64,000 bases of DNA from a bacterium (GCA_021788105.1 JAJYKZ010000002.1:3320-67319), one strand, 5' to 3'. Counted from the stretch's first letter, positions 48,075 to 57,704 are shown. Notes: generated from the letters alone by a model not told the origin. Numbers and translations: made by a program.

Positions 48075-49082
48075 ATGAAATTACTCATTACCGGCGGAGC
48101 TGGGTTTATTGGTTCCAATTTTATCCGTTACTGGCTGAAAAATAATCCTGATGATCAGATAGTTAATCTTGATGCTTTGACTTATGCGGGAAATCTGGAA
48201 AATTTAAAGGACGTTGATGCCAATCCGAATTATAAATTTGTAAAAGGGGACATTTGTGATCAGAATTTGGCGAACGAACTGGTTAAGGAGGCGGATGTGG
48301 TTGTAAACTTTGCCGCCGAGACTCATGTTGACCGGTCAATTATGGGAAGTGCTGATTTCATTCGAACTAATGTCGAAGGTACGCGCGTACTTTTGGATGC
48401 GGCAAAAAATAATGGCGGAAAAAGATTCCATCATATTTCCACAGACGAAGTTTTTGGCGCGCTTCAAATGGGCGATCCGAAATTCAATGAAAATACGCCC
48501 TACGACCCACGCAGTCCGTACAGCGCTTCCAAGGCTTCGTCCGACCATTTGGTGCGGGCATATTTTCACACGCACAATTTGCCGATTACGATTTCCAATT
48601 GTTCCAATAATTACGGCCCATACCAGTTTCCGGAAAAATTAATTCCTTTATTTGTGACCAACTTGATTGAAAATAAAAGAGTTCCGGTTTATGGCAAAGG
48701 TGAAAATGTGCGTGATTGGATTTATGTTGATGATCATAATGCCGGCGTGGAAGCGATTATAAAAAAAGGAAAAATTGGAGAAACGTATTGCTTGGGCGGC
48801 GGCAATGAGAAAAGCAATATGGAAATTACCAAACTTATTTTGGATGCTATGGGACGCGGAGAAGATATGATTGAATATGTTGCCGATCGCAAGGGACATG
48901 ATTTGCGTTATGCGATTGATTATACAAAAGCTAAAAACGAACTGGGATGGGAACCGAGAACAGATTTTGCAACCGGATTAAAAGACACGATCGAATGGTT
49001 CAAAAACAATGAAAACTGGTGGAAAAACATCAAGAACGGTGATTATAAAAATTATTACGCGAAACAATATGGAGAAAAATAA
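48075..49082 (+). CDS. rfbB: dTDP-glucose 4,6-dehydratase
   Basis: LITGGAGFIGSNF, the SDR catalytic PYSASKASSD(H) region, and typical RmlB length. Confidence 0.9.
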   Translation: MKLLITGGAGFIGSNFIRYWLKNNPDDQIVNLDALTYAGNLENLKDVDANPNYKFVKGDICDQNLANELVKEADVVVNFAAETHVDRSIMGSADFIRTNVEGTRVLLDAAKNNGGKRFHHISTDEVFGALQMGDPKFNENTPYDPRSPYSASKASSDHLVRAYFHTHNLPITISNCSNNYGPYQFPEKLIPLFVTNLIENKRVPVYGKGENVRDWIYVDDHNAGVEAIIKKGKIGETYCLGGGNEKSNMEITKLILDAMGRGEDMIEYVADRKGHDLRYAIDYTKAKNELGWEPRTDFATGLKDTIEWFKNNENWWKNIKNGDYKNYYAKQYGEK

Positions 49083-49998
49083 AGTTTTAATAATCGGCGC
49101 CAAAGGAATGCTGGGGCAAGAGTTGATGAAAGTTTTCAAAAAAGATAAAGACTATGAAGTTTTCGGCTGGGATCGGGAAGAGATCGATATCACGAACGAG
49201 AAGGAAGTTAATTCCAAAATCACCAAGCTGAAACCAAAAATAATAATCAATGCGACCGGCTATAATGCGGTTGACAAAGCGGAGGAGCCGAAAGAATTTT
49301 TGCTGGCCAAAAAATTAAACGGCAAAGCGCCGGGAAATTTGGCAAAGCTTTCGGCAAAAATAAGCGCGACTTTTGTGAACTATTCCACGGATTATGTTTT
49401 TGACGGCCAGCCGGAAATTCCGGAACCGGCCGGCTGCACCCATTCCTGCGGCACCTGCGCTCTTCACGAAAATTTCGTTCCGGAAATCGGTTTCGATGAA
49501 GACGCCAAAACCAATCCTTTGAGCAATTACGGAAAATCAAAAGTGCTGGGCGAGAAAGAAGTAAAGAAAAACGGAAAAAAATATTATATCCTTCGTTTGT
49601 CTAAACTTTTCGGCAAGCCGGCCAAATCAGAAGCGGCAAAAAGAAGTTTCTTTGATGTTATGTTAGAAGCAGGTAAGAAAAACAAAGAAGTGAAAGTGGT
49701 GGATGAGGAAACCAGTTGTTTTACTTACGCGCCGGATTTGGCGAAAAAAACCAAAGAAATCATTGAAGCCAAAAAGCCGTACGGCATCTATCACGTTGTG
49801 AATAGCGATCCTTGCACTTGGTACGAGGCTGTTCTAGAATTGTATAAACAGGCTAAGATAAAAACAAAAGTCATTCCGGTAAGCTCAACTGAATTTCCCC
49901 GTCCGGCAGAACGTCCGTACTATTCGGCTCTCATCAATACAAAATTAAATCCGATGCGCAGTTGGAAAGACGCTTTAAAAGAATATTTAAAAAAATAA
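49069..49998 (+). CDS. rfbD: dTDP-4-dehydrorhamnose reductase with a Cys/His-rich insertion
   Basis: VLIIGAKGMLG ... NPLSNYGKSK, and the C-terminal RmlD region PAERPYYSAL. A ~30-aa insert is present (PEIPEPAGCTHSCGTCALHENFVPEIGF). It overlaps rfbB by 14 nt. Confidence 0.8.
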   Translation: MEKNKVLIIGAKGMLGQELMKVFKKDKDYEVFGWDREEIDITNEKEVNSKITKLKPKIIINATGYNAVDKAEEPKEFLLAKKLNGKAPGNLAKLSAKISATFVNYSTDYVFDGQPEIPEPAGCTHSCGTCALHENFVPEIGFDEDAKTNPLSNYGKSKVLGEKEVKKNGKKYYILRLSKLFGKPAKSEAAKRSFFDVMLEAGKKNKEVKVVDEETSCFTYAPDLAKKTKEIIEAKKPYGIYHVVNSDPCTWYEAVLELYKQAKIKTKVIPVSSTEFPRPAERPYYSALINTKLNPMRSWKDALKEYLKK

Positions 49999-50123
49999 AT
50001 AAATCATTTTTTGTCTCGAATACATTTTTTCTTTTTGCTAAATTGCACTAAATTAAATCGGATTAAAGATTTGCAATTAACGCAAAAAGGGGGAAATATT
50101 CTCGCCCAAAAATTAATTATGTT

Positions 50124-51368
50124 ATGAAAAATTTAAAAAAACAAGATCCGCAAGTTTACAAAGCAGTGCTGGGGGAAATCAAGAGGCAGCAGGAAGGAAT
50201 GGAGTTGATTGCGTCGGAAAATTATGTTTCCGAGGCGGTTTTGGAAGCACTGGGAACGGTTTTTACCAACAAATATTCGGAAGGCTATCCCGGCCGCAGA
50301 TATTACGGCGGACAAGAATATACCGATGTCGTGGAAAACTTGGCGATCGAGCGGGCGAAGAAACTTTTTGGCGCGGAACATGTGAACGTCCAACCGCTTT
50401 CCGGCGCGCCGGCCAATATGATCGCATACAGCGCCGTTCTGAAACCGGGCGACAAAGTTTTGGGAATGGATCTTTCTCACGGCGGCCATTTGACTCATGG
50501 CCATCCCGTGACGCTTTCAGCCAAAGTCTATAATTTTGTCCGCTACAAAACAGATGCTTCCGGAAAAATTGACTATAAGCAATTGGAAGAGATGGCAATT
50601 AAAGAAAAGCCACAAATGATTCTGGCGGGATTTTCCGCATACACTCGGCAATTGGATTACAAAAAATTCCAACAGATTGCCAAGAAAGTCGGCGCAATCA
50701 CGATGATTGACATCGCCCACATCGCAGGACTCATTGCCGGCCAAGCCGTTCCAAACCCGGTGCCGTATTTCGATATCGTCACGACGACCACTCACAAAAC
50801 TTTGCGCGGACCGCGCGGGGGAATGATTCTTTGCAAAAAGAAATATGCCGAGGCGATCGACAAAGCGGCCTTTCCAGGATTCCAAGGCGGGCCGCATATG
50901 AATAATGTCGCGGCCAAAGCGGTGGCATTCGGCGAAGCCCTGAAGCCTAGTTTTAAAAATTATGCCAAACAAGTGATCAAGAACGCCAAAGTTTTGGAAG
51001 TCGAACTTATGAAATACGGATTCAAAATTATGTTCGGCGGAACCGAAAACCATATGGTTCTGGTTGATGTTTTTGGTTCGAAAGGCGTTTCCGGCAAAGA
51101 GGCGGAGAAGGCGTTGGACAAAGTTGGTATCACGATTAATAAAAATATGATTCCGGATGATCCGCGAAAACCGATGGATCCGAGCGGCGTGCGTATCGGC
51201 GTGCCGGCAATTACGACGCGCGGAATGAAAGAAAAAGAAGTGAAGATGATTGCCAACTGGATCAATGCGGCCATTGAAAGCCATGACAACGAGAAAGTGC
51301 TGAAAGAAATTCACCAGGCGGTCATAAATCTTTGCAAAAAATTTCCAATTTACAAAAATTTAAAATAA
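50124..51368 (+). CDS. glyA: Serine hydroxymethyltransferase
   Basis: ELIASENY, GYPGRRYYGG, and TTTTHKTLRGPRGG (PLP-binding Lys region). Confidence 0.95.
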   Translation: MKNLKKQDPQVYKAVLGEIKRQQEGMELIASENYVSEAVLEALGTVFTNKYSEGYPGRRYYGGQEYTDVVENLAIERAKKLFGAEHVNVQPLSGAPANMIAYSAVLKPGDKVLGMDLSHGGHLTHGHPVTLSAKVYNFVRYKTDASGKIDYKQLEEMAIKEKPQMILAGFSAYTRQLDYKKFQQIAKKVGAITMIDIAHIAGLIAGQAVPNPVPYFDIVTTTTHKTLRGPRGGMILCKKKYAEAIDKAAFPGFQGGPHMNNVAAKAVAFGEALKPSFKNYAKQVIKNAKVLEVELMKYGFKIMFGGTENHMVLVDVFGSKGVSGKEAEKALDKVGITINKNMIPDDPRKPMDPSGVRIGVPAITTRGMKEKEVKMIANWINAAIESHDNEKVLKEIHQAVINLCKKFPIYKNLK

Positions 51369-52186
51369 TGAGTACAGGAAATAAAAAAATGAAAGGAATA
51401 ATTTTATCCGGCGGAACGGCGACAAGGCTTTTTCCGTTGACCGCGACTACCTCCAAGCAGTTGTTGCCGGTTTACAATAAGCAGATGATTTTTTATCCTC
51501 TCAATACTTTAATTAAGGCCGGAATCAAAGACATTTTAATTATTGTGACTCCCGAACACAGCGGCCAGTATCTTAATTTGCTTGGTTCCACTTTCAAAAA
51601 ACACGGCATTAACATTTATTTTGAAGTTCAGAAAATTCCGCGCGGTCTGGCCGACGCTTTCATTTTGGGAGAGGGATTTATCGGAAAAGATTGCGCTACA
51701 ATGATTTTGGGCGACAACATCTTCGAAGATGACTTTTCGGACGCCATTAAAAATTTTCAATCCGGCGGACATGTTTTTGCCAAAAAAGTTTCCGATCCGG
51801 AAAGGTTCGGCGTGGTGAAATTTGATGAAGCTGGCAGGGCGGTTCAGATTGTGGAAAAGCCGCAGGAGTGGATTAGTGACTATGCAGTGACCGGTCTTTA
51901 CATTTATGATAACCGCGTGATTGAAGCGGCCAAGGGCACCCAGCCGTCCGAGCGGGGAGAGATCGAGATAACCTCGCTCCACAACTATTATCTTGAAAAA
52001 GGCGAACTTAAAGTCAGCACTTTTAACGGAGAGTGGCTGGACGCGGGAACTTTCGATACTCTCCTGGAGGCCGGAAAGATTGTCAAAGAAAAAAAGATTT
52101 ATGAAAATTTCGATCCGATGATTGATAAGGCAATCGAAGAGTTCAATGCGGATTTGAAAGCTTTGGCAAAAAAAAGACTTCTGTAA
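51368..52186 (+). CDS. rfbA: Glucose-1-phosphate thymidylyltransferase
   Basis: MKGIILSGGTATRLFPLT...KQLLPVYNKQMIFYPL. The true start may be the internal ATG at 51389 (MKGIIL). Confidence 0.9.
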   Translation: MSTGNKKMKGIILSGGTATRLFPLTATTSKQLLPVYNKQMIFYPLNTLIKAGIKDILIIVTPEHSGQYLNLLGSTFKKHGINIYFEVQKIPRGLADAFILGEGFIGKDCATMILGDNIFEDDFSDAIKNFQSGGHVFAKKVSDPERFGVVKFDEAGRAVQIVEKPQEWISDYAVTGLYIYDNRVIEAAKGTQPSERGEIEITSLHNYYLEKGELKVSTFNGEWLDAGTFDTLLEAGKIVKEKKIYENFDPMIDKAIEEFNADLKALAKKRLL

Positions 52187-52241
52187 TTTAACCAGCTCTG
52201 ATTTCGATCAGGGCTGATTTTTTAAACTAACGAACAAGAAT

Positions 52242-53108
52242 ATGAAAATCAAAAAAGCAATTTTGCCGGTCGCTGGTTTTGGAACGAGATTTTTGCCGGC
52301 TACCAAATCCCAGCCGAAAGAAATGCTTCCGGTCGTGGACAAACCGGTTATTCAATATTTGGTTGAAGAGGCGGTTGAGTCGGGAATTGAGGAAATTATT
52401 TTTGTTACCGGGCGCGGCAAGCGCGCCATCGAAGATCATTTCGATGTTTCCTATGAGCTGGAAGACACGCTGGTGGAGAAAAACAAGCATGATCTTCTGG
52501 AAGCGGTACGAACAATTTCCGGTTTGGCAAAATTTTCTTATGTCCGACAGCCGATGCCGCTGGGCGATGGACATGCCATTCTGCAAGCCGCGCACATCGT
52601 GGATAATGAACCAGTCCTGGTCCTCTTTGGCGATTGTCTTTATGACAGCAAGGTGCCGGCCTCCAAGCAGTTGGTCGAGACGTACGAAAAGTACGGTGAC
52701 AGCGTGATCGGACTCAGCCACGTGGAAAAAGAAGAAGTTTCCAAATTCGGAGTGATTGAAGGAATTTCTTTGGGAGAAAATAATTTCGAGGTAAAGAATA
52801 TCGTCGAGAAACCGAAGCCGGAAGACGCCAAATCGGATATGGTGGCGGTCGGGAAATATATCATCACGCCGGAAGTGATGGAGGTTTTGGCAACAATGAA
52901 ACACGGCAAATCCGGAGAAATCAGATTGGCTGATGCGTTTGAGATTATGCTTGGCAATAACCGCCCGCTTTACGGAAAAGTTTTGGACGGCGAATGGCTC
53001 GACACGGGTGATAAATTCAACTTTCTCAAAGCCTCGATCAAACTCGGTCTGAAGCATCCGGAAATCGGAGAGAAGCTTAAAAATTTTCTAGGAGAACTAA
53101 AAGATTAA
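52242..53108 (+). CDS. galU: UTP--glucose-1-phosphate uridylyltransferase
   Basis: KAILPVAGFGTRFLPATKSQPKEMLPVVDKPVIQY. Confidence 0.9.
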   Translation: MKIKKAILPVAGFGTRFLPATKSQPKEMLPVVDKPVIQYLVEEAVESGIEEIIFVTGRGKRAIEDHFDVSYELEDTLVEKNKHDLLEAVRTISGLAKFSYVRQPMPLGDGHAILQAAHIVDNEPVLVLFGDCLYDSKVPASKQLVETYEKYGDSVIGLSHVEKEEVSKFGVIEGISLGENNFEVKNIVEKPKPEDAKSDMVAVGKYIITPEVMEVLATMKHGKSGEIRLADAFEIMLGNNRPLYGKVLDGEWLDTGDKFNFLKASIKLGLKHPEIGEKLKNFLGELKD

Positions 53109-53154
53109 ACTAAACCACGGCGAATTCCAAATAAAACAAGCCTTTTATCTCTAG

Positions 53155-53186
53155 CTTACTACCGTATTCTAGTATACGGTAGTAAG
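53155..53186. repeat. Palindromic repeat copy 1: cttactaccgta-ttctagta-tacggtagtaag (12-bp arms), 27 nt upstream of ATG 53214
   Basis: Perfect inverted repeat seen directly. Two further degenerate copies lie downstream. Confidence 0.75.
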
Positions 53187-53213
53187 TAAAAATCAACATA
53201 AAAACAAAAAAAG

Positions 53214-53648
53214 ATGGCGGGAAAAGTGAAATATCACGAACTGTCGGAAAATGAAAAGAAAAAATATCTGGGAGATTTTTATTCGATGGTGGCTTCGTTG
53301 CAAGATCGCGATGAAGTAAAAAATTTTTTCAAAGATCTTCTGACTTTGAGCGAGATTGTTATGATTTCCCGCCGGATTCAGATTGCGCGGATGCTTTTGG
53401 AAAATAAGACGCATGAAGAAATTAGAAGAACCCTGAAGGTCGGTTTTAATAATATCAGCCAAGTGGAGAGATGGTTGTACAACGGTTTCGGAGGATACAA
53501 AACGACGGTTGGAAAATATAATAAAAAACAAAAGCAGAAAGAACGGGATGCGTTTGAGAAATACGGCTATCCTGCTTTTTCTAAAGATTGGGTCCGCAAA
53601 AAATATCCATTACACTATTTGTTGACCAATATGCTGAATAAAAAATAA
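53214..53648 (+). CDS. TrpR-like / YerC-YecD family HTH protein
   Basis: LLTLSEIVMISRRIQIARMLLENKTHEEIRRTLKVGFNNISQVERWL resembles the Trp-repressor-related YerC/YecD family. Confidence 0.5.
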   Translation: MAGKVKYHELSENEKKKYLGDFYSMVASLQDRDEVKNFFKDLLTLSEIVMISRRIQIARMLLENKTHEEIRRTLKVGFNNISQVERWLYNGFGGYKTTVGKYNKKQKQKERDAFEKYGYPAFSKDWVRKKYPLHYLLTNMLNKK

Positions 53649-53657
53649 ATTTTATAA

Positions 53658-53688
53658 TACTACCGTATTCTAGTATATGGTAGTAAGT
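53658..53688. repeat. Palindromic repeat copy 2 (one arm mismatch), 18 nt upstream of ATG 53707
   Basis: atactaccgtattctagtatatggtagtaag. Confidence 0.7.
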
Positions 53689-53706
53689 AAGATTAAACAT
53701 AAAATT

Positions 53707-54786
53707 ATGTTAGAACAATTTGATTTCTCAAAAATTGAAGATCAGAAAAAGTTTGAAAAATTTCCAAAACAAGAAAAGGAGAAAAATGTTGATGATGCCC
53801 ATAAAGAAGCTCTGGGTATAAAAGAATTTGCAACCGAACTTGTCAGACGCAAGGGAAAATCTTTAGTTTTGGCTCAAGATTATGAAAATGCAATTGATTC
53901 TATTGGTTGGATAGATTATGGATTTGACGCATATGAAGAAACTGAAGCTGAGAATAAAATCAATGAATTGACTGAAGAATTACCTCCAGAGATTATAGAT
54001 TCGATAATGGATAAAGTTCAAGATTTAAATCGAAAAGGGGTTATATATACCAATTTAAGATCACATATAAATTCTCATAACAATTCTAATAAATCTTACG
54101 ATACAAAAACAGAATTTAGAAAAACGATGCAAGAAGGGCTTCTTGGAAAAAATTTTATTGATCGGGGTGAAGTTACAAAAGAATTATGGGCAAAACATGT
54201 TAGAGATAAGGAGTGGAAAGGTCAATGGCGTGGAGCTGGTATATGGTTTAATATTGTGGGAAGAGTGGCTCCAAATTTTATAGATGATCAGTTGTTGGAA
54301 TATGATACAAAAAAGGACATTGTACGTTCTCCGTTAACGATTTTTAAAACAGGAGAAAGTTACGGCAATGGTTTGCCGACGTTAATTTTTGAATTGCCTA
54401 ATAGTAAGGAAGTAAATGAGATAAATGAGTTTGGATGGAGAAATGAGAGTGGATATAATAATTATAGAGTTATGGAAGAACGAAAAGTAAATAAGTATGG
54501 GGTTAATAATAAAAATGAAGAGTTAGTGGATCCTAGTCATGGTTTTGTGCTAACAGGACGGGTAGCGCCTAGATTTTTTAAAGGTCTAATAGTAGAAAAT
54601 TCAGCCTATAGTTGTTATCCATTTTTAGTTAATATGGCAGAAGTCAATAAAAATAATCCTAAAAATCTATTTCCAGTATACAATGAATTTGGAGATTTAC
54701 TTTGGCCAAAAAAGTTAAGCTATGAAGAAGTTAAAAAACAAATAGCCGAAAAAGAACAGATCAAAAAAGAACATACTGAAAAATAA
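53707..54786 (+). CDS. Hypothetical protein with internal duplication (GRVAPNF / GRVAPRFF)
   Basis: WFNIVGRVAPNFIDDQLLEY and GFVLTGRVAPRFFKGLIVEN are repeated. No recognisable domain. Start chosen downstream of the palindrome; the track ORF begins at 53677 inside the repeat. Confidence 0.45.
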   Translation: MLEQFDFSKIEDQKKFEKFPKQEKEKNVDDAHKEALGIKEFATELVRRKGKSLVLAQDYENAIDSIGWIDYGFDAYEETEAENKINELTEELPPEIIDSIMDKVQDLNRKGVIYTNLRSHINSHNNSNKSYDTKTEFRKTMQEGLLGKNFIDRGEVTKELWAKHVRDKEWKGQWRGAGIWFNIVGRVAPNFIDDQLLEYDTKKDIVRSPLTIFKTGESYGNGLPTLIFELPNSKEVNEINEFGWRNESGYNNYRVMEERKVNKYGVNNKNEELVDPSHGFVLTGRVAPRFFKGLIVENSAYSCYPFLVNMAEVNKNNPKNLFPVYNEFGDLLWPKKLSYEEVKKQIAEKEQIKKEHTEK

Positions 54787-54796
54787 CTTATGTTTT

Positions 54797-54826
54797 TACT
54801 ACCGCATTCTAGTATACGATAGTAAA
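54797..54826. repeat. Palindromic repeat copy 3 (two mismatches), 36 nt upstream of GT4 gene start 54862
   Basis: ttactaccgcattctagtatacgatagtaa followed by a T-run. Confidence 0.6.
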
Positions 54827-54861
54827 TGTAAGTTTGATTTTTTAAACTCAAAAAAATAATA

Positions 54862-55992
54862 ATGAAAATTGCCATCCAAGCGGCGGATCTTGATGCTTCG
54901 CGCATCGACGGCACGCGGGTCTATATCTTGAATCTTTTGAAACATTTCGGCAAACTGGATCCGGCCAGCGAGTTTTTGATTTACCATAAAAAAAATTTCA
55001 ATCCGGAACTCATGCCGCCGGATTTTTCCAATTACAAAATCAAACAGAAGTCTTTTCCATTCGCCTGGACGCAGACGCGCTTCGCATTTGAGATTTGGAA
55101 AGAGCGGCCAAACGCGCTTTGGATGCCGATGCATGCTTTGCCGGCGCTCCGCCGAAAAAATTTAAAGACCGTCGTGACGATCCATGATCTGGCGTTTAAA
55201 TATTTTCCCGATCATTTTCCCAAAGAAGATTTGCGCAAATTAAATTTGTTTACGGATTTTGCGGTGAAAAATGCGACGAAGCTCATCGCTATCTCCGAAG
55301 CGACTAAAAGGGATATATTGAAATTTTATCCGGAAGCGGAAGAAGAAAAAATAAGAGTGATTCATCACGGTTTCGATCCGGAAGTTTTTTCCCGGTCGCG
55401 CGAACTCGAGAAAGAAAATGAAATCAAAAAGCGTTTGGAAATTACCAAACCGTACATTTTATATATCGGCGCAATCCAGCCGCGCAAAAATTTAGAAACC
55501 TTGATCAAAGCTTTTGAAAAACTTAAAAGCCAAGCACAAAAGGAGCTAAGCTCCTTGAAAGATCTGCAATTGGTTTTGGTCGGAGAAAAAGCCTGGTTAA
55601 GCGAGACGACAGTCAAAAAAGCTCAAAACAGTCTATTTTCAATGGATATTAAGATGCCCGGAAAGCTCAAATTTGACGATTTGGGGCATCTTACCAGGGG
55701 AGCTGACATCTTTGCTTTCACGGCGCTTTACGAGGGTTTTGGGATTCCAATTTTGGAAGCGTTCGCGGCCGGTGTGCCAGTCGTCTGCGCTAAAAATTCC
55801 AGTTTGCCGGAAGTGGCCGGGGAGGCGGCGTTATTTTTTGAAAAAGGGGCGGAAGAATTGGCCGGGCAGATCAAAAAAGTTTTGGAAGATGAAAATTTGC
55901 GCCAGGATTTGATTGCCAAAGGCAAGGACCAGATCAAAAAATTCTCTTGGGAAAAATGCGCCCGGGAAACTTTGAAATATATTAAAGATTGA
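54862..55992 (+). CDS. Glycosyltransferase family 4
   Basis: EGFGIPILEAFAAGVPVVCAKNSSLPEVAG. Confidence 0.8.
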   Translation: MKIAIQAADLDASRIDGTRVYILNLLKHFGKLDPASEFLIYHKKNFNPELMPPDFSNYKIKQKSFPFAWTQTRFAFEIWKERPNALWMPMHALPALRRKNLKTVVTIHDLAFKYFPDHFPKEDLRKLNLFTDFAVKNATKLIAISEATKRDILKFYPEAEEEKIRVIHHGFDPEVFSRSRELEKENEIKKRLEITKPYILYIGAIQPRKNLETLIKAFEKLKSQAQKELSSLKDLQLVLVGEKAWLSETTVKKAQNSLFSMDIKMPGKLKFDDLGHLTRGADIFAFTALYEGFGIPILEAFAAGVPVVCAKNSSLPEVAGEAALFFEKGAEELAGQIKKVLEDENLRQDLIAKGKDQIKKFSWEKCARETLKYIKD

Positions 55993-55993
55993 C

Positions 55994-56398
55994 TTACTCC
56001 TCAAAAAATAAAGTATTGTACAGTAATATAAAAATAGCAATTGTTGAAACGGTGGTGATGATAATTTCAAAAATTCCCATTCCCTGTTGGGCGCTGGCAA
56101 TCAGCGCGACCGCAATCAAAAACAGCAGAAGCACAAACTTGTTTTTAATAATTTCTTTTCCTTTCGGCAAGTTGTAGGTGATATTGTTTCGCTTGCCAAT
56201 GTAAGCGACGACTGCGATCAGGGCGAAAAGAATAATGATTGCTTTTGTGAAACTTAAATGAGAGGTGAGAAATCCCGGCAAAATGCTTTCCGAAACCAGC
56301 AGCGCGAAAAAAATGACAAGCCACAAAAAAAGCAGATCGTGCAGGAATTTATAGAGCAGCAGTTCAAGCTGTTTTTTTGTTTTAGTTGGAATTCGCAT
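55994..56398 (-). CDS. Hypothetical 4-TM small membrane protein
   Basis: Hydrophobic ORF, last gene of a minus-strand operon. Confidence 0.4.
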   Translation of the reverse strand: MRIPTKTKKQLELLLYKFLHDLLFLWLVIFFALLVSESILPGFLTSHLSFTKAIIILFALIAVVAYIGKRNNITYNLPKGKEIIKNKFVLLLFLIAVALIASAQQGMGIFEIIITTVSTIAIFILLYNTLFFEE

Positions 56399-57704
56399 GG
56401 CCGAATTTTGCTAAAATATTATGTTTGATTCCGGAAAGAGTATCGCGCATATTGCTCCAGTTGATGTCGCGGCTGAAGTCTGCCGAGATTTCCGAAAGAG
56501 TGTTGCCGACAGTTCCGGCCATTTCCAGTTGGTAGTAATTTCCCGGGAAAGAAGCAAGGTTTGCAACCGGAATGCTGCAATGATATTCCGAAGAAAAAAG
56601 CGAAAAGCTCTTTTTGAGCCGGCAAGAATCGAAATTCAAACTGCGGCTGTCAACCATGATCGGCGCGGAGCTTCTTGTGTAGGCTTTCAAAATATCGGCG
56701 CCTTTTATTTCCTCTTTCTGATTGTTCTCAATCAAATAATATTTCCCGGTCGCGCTATCCGAAAAAACCGTGCCATTGGGATGCGGGTCGTTCATTGTGA
56801 ACAGTTGCGCGTGCTGGTATTGGTAAAAACTTATTTCATCCTCGCCGGACGGAATGATGTTGCTCCAACTGTAGCCGAGCGCGAGGAAAGTGTTCGGATT
56901 ATCAAAAGCCCGGACAGTGTTTCCCGAAACGACGAAAACCGTGCCGCCGAAAGAAAGCAGCGTGCCGTCGGCAAAACCGATTTGATTCTGGCTTGTTTGA
57001 TAGCCGGAGAGAAATGAACTGTCTTTGACAATGGCCGCAGTTTGGCTGTAGCGGGATTTAAAAGCGTTGCCGCTCAAAAAAGGAACAAGCGCGTTGCCAT
57101 TTTGAAGCTGGTAATAATTATTATCTATTGAAAACAACGAGCCGTCCGGATAGGATGCGCCGTTCGTAATATTGCCGCCCTTTTTATTGTAGGTCAATTC
57201 GTCTGCCGTAACGCCGGTAAACGAACGGGATGCGTAGCCCAGCTCTTGGGCAACAGCAAGAGAGGAAAATTTCCTAAGCGCGCCGTCGGAAATAATGTAA
57301 TAACCGCCGTTGTTTTGCAGCAAGCTTCCGTCCGGAAAAACGGCTGGCTGGGCGGATTCGGGATAGGCGAAGGCTTTGTAAGTTTTCCTGATTTTGACGG
57401 TGTTGTTGCTGAAGTTCAATTTTTTCGTATTGGGTGAAAGCGTAATGCCGGCGCGGGAAAAATTTTCCGGAGAAAAAATATCGGAAGTCAGCAGTCCCGC
57501 TCCTCCGGAGACATTGAATATGGTATTTTTATTGGAATTGGGATTAGAAAAATCAAAAGAAAAAAGTTGCGAAGGAAAAAGAATGAGATAGATGGCATAA
57601 ATTCCCGCACAAACGGCCAAAAGATACAAGACCAGGCGGGAATACGAATATCTTTTCTGCCACTGGGGTTCAAGCGCTACGTTTTTGGTAAAATCAAATT
57701 TCAT
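56382..57704 (-). CDS. Hypothetical secreted or membrane-anchored repeat protein (PDGSL/NGG repeats)
   Basis: N-terminal TM anchor. AYPESAQPAVFPDGSLLQNNGGYYIISDG, GASYPDGSLFSIDNNYY and GFADGTLLSFGG are internal repeats. Confidence 0.5.
   Translation of the reverse strand: MKFDFTKNVALEPQWQKRYSYSRLVLYLLAVCAGIYAIYLILFPSQLFSFDFSNPNSNKNTIFNVSGGAGLLTSDIFSPENFSRAGITLSPNTKKLNFSNNTVKIRKTYKAFAYPESAQPAVFPDGSLLQNNGGYYIISDGALRKFSSLAVAQELGYASRSFTGVTADELTYNKKGGNITNGASYPDGSLFSIDNNYYQLQNGNALVPFLSGNAFKSRYSQTAAIVKDSSFLSGYQTSQNQIGFADGTLLSFGGTVFVVSGNTVRAFDNPNTFLALGYSWSNIIPSGEDEISFYQYQHAQLFTMNDPHPNGTVFSDSATGKYYLIENNQKEEIKGADILKAYTRSSAPIMVDSRSLNFDSCRLKKSFSLFSSEYHCSIPVANLASFPGNYYQLEMAGTVGNTLSEISADFSRDINWSNMRDTLSGIKHNILAKFGHANSN

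Noticed and set aside
50517-53057. Minus-strand ORFs of 265, 148 and 276 aa antisense to glyA, rfbA and galU
   Set aside because: They overlap highly conserved housekeeping genes on the plus strand. Spurious.
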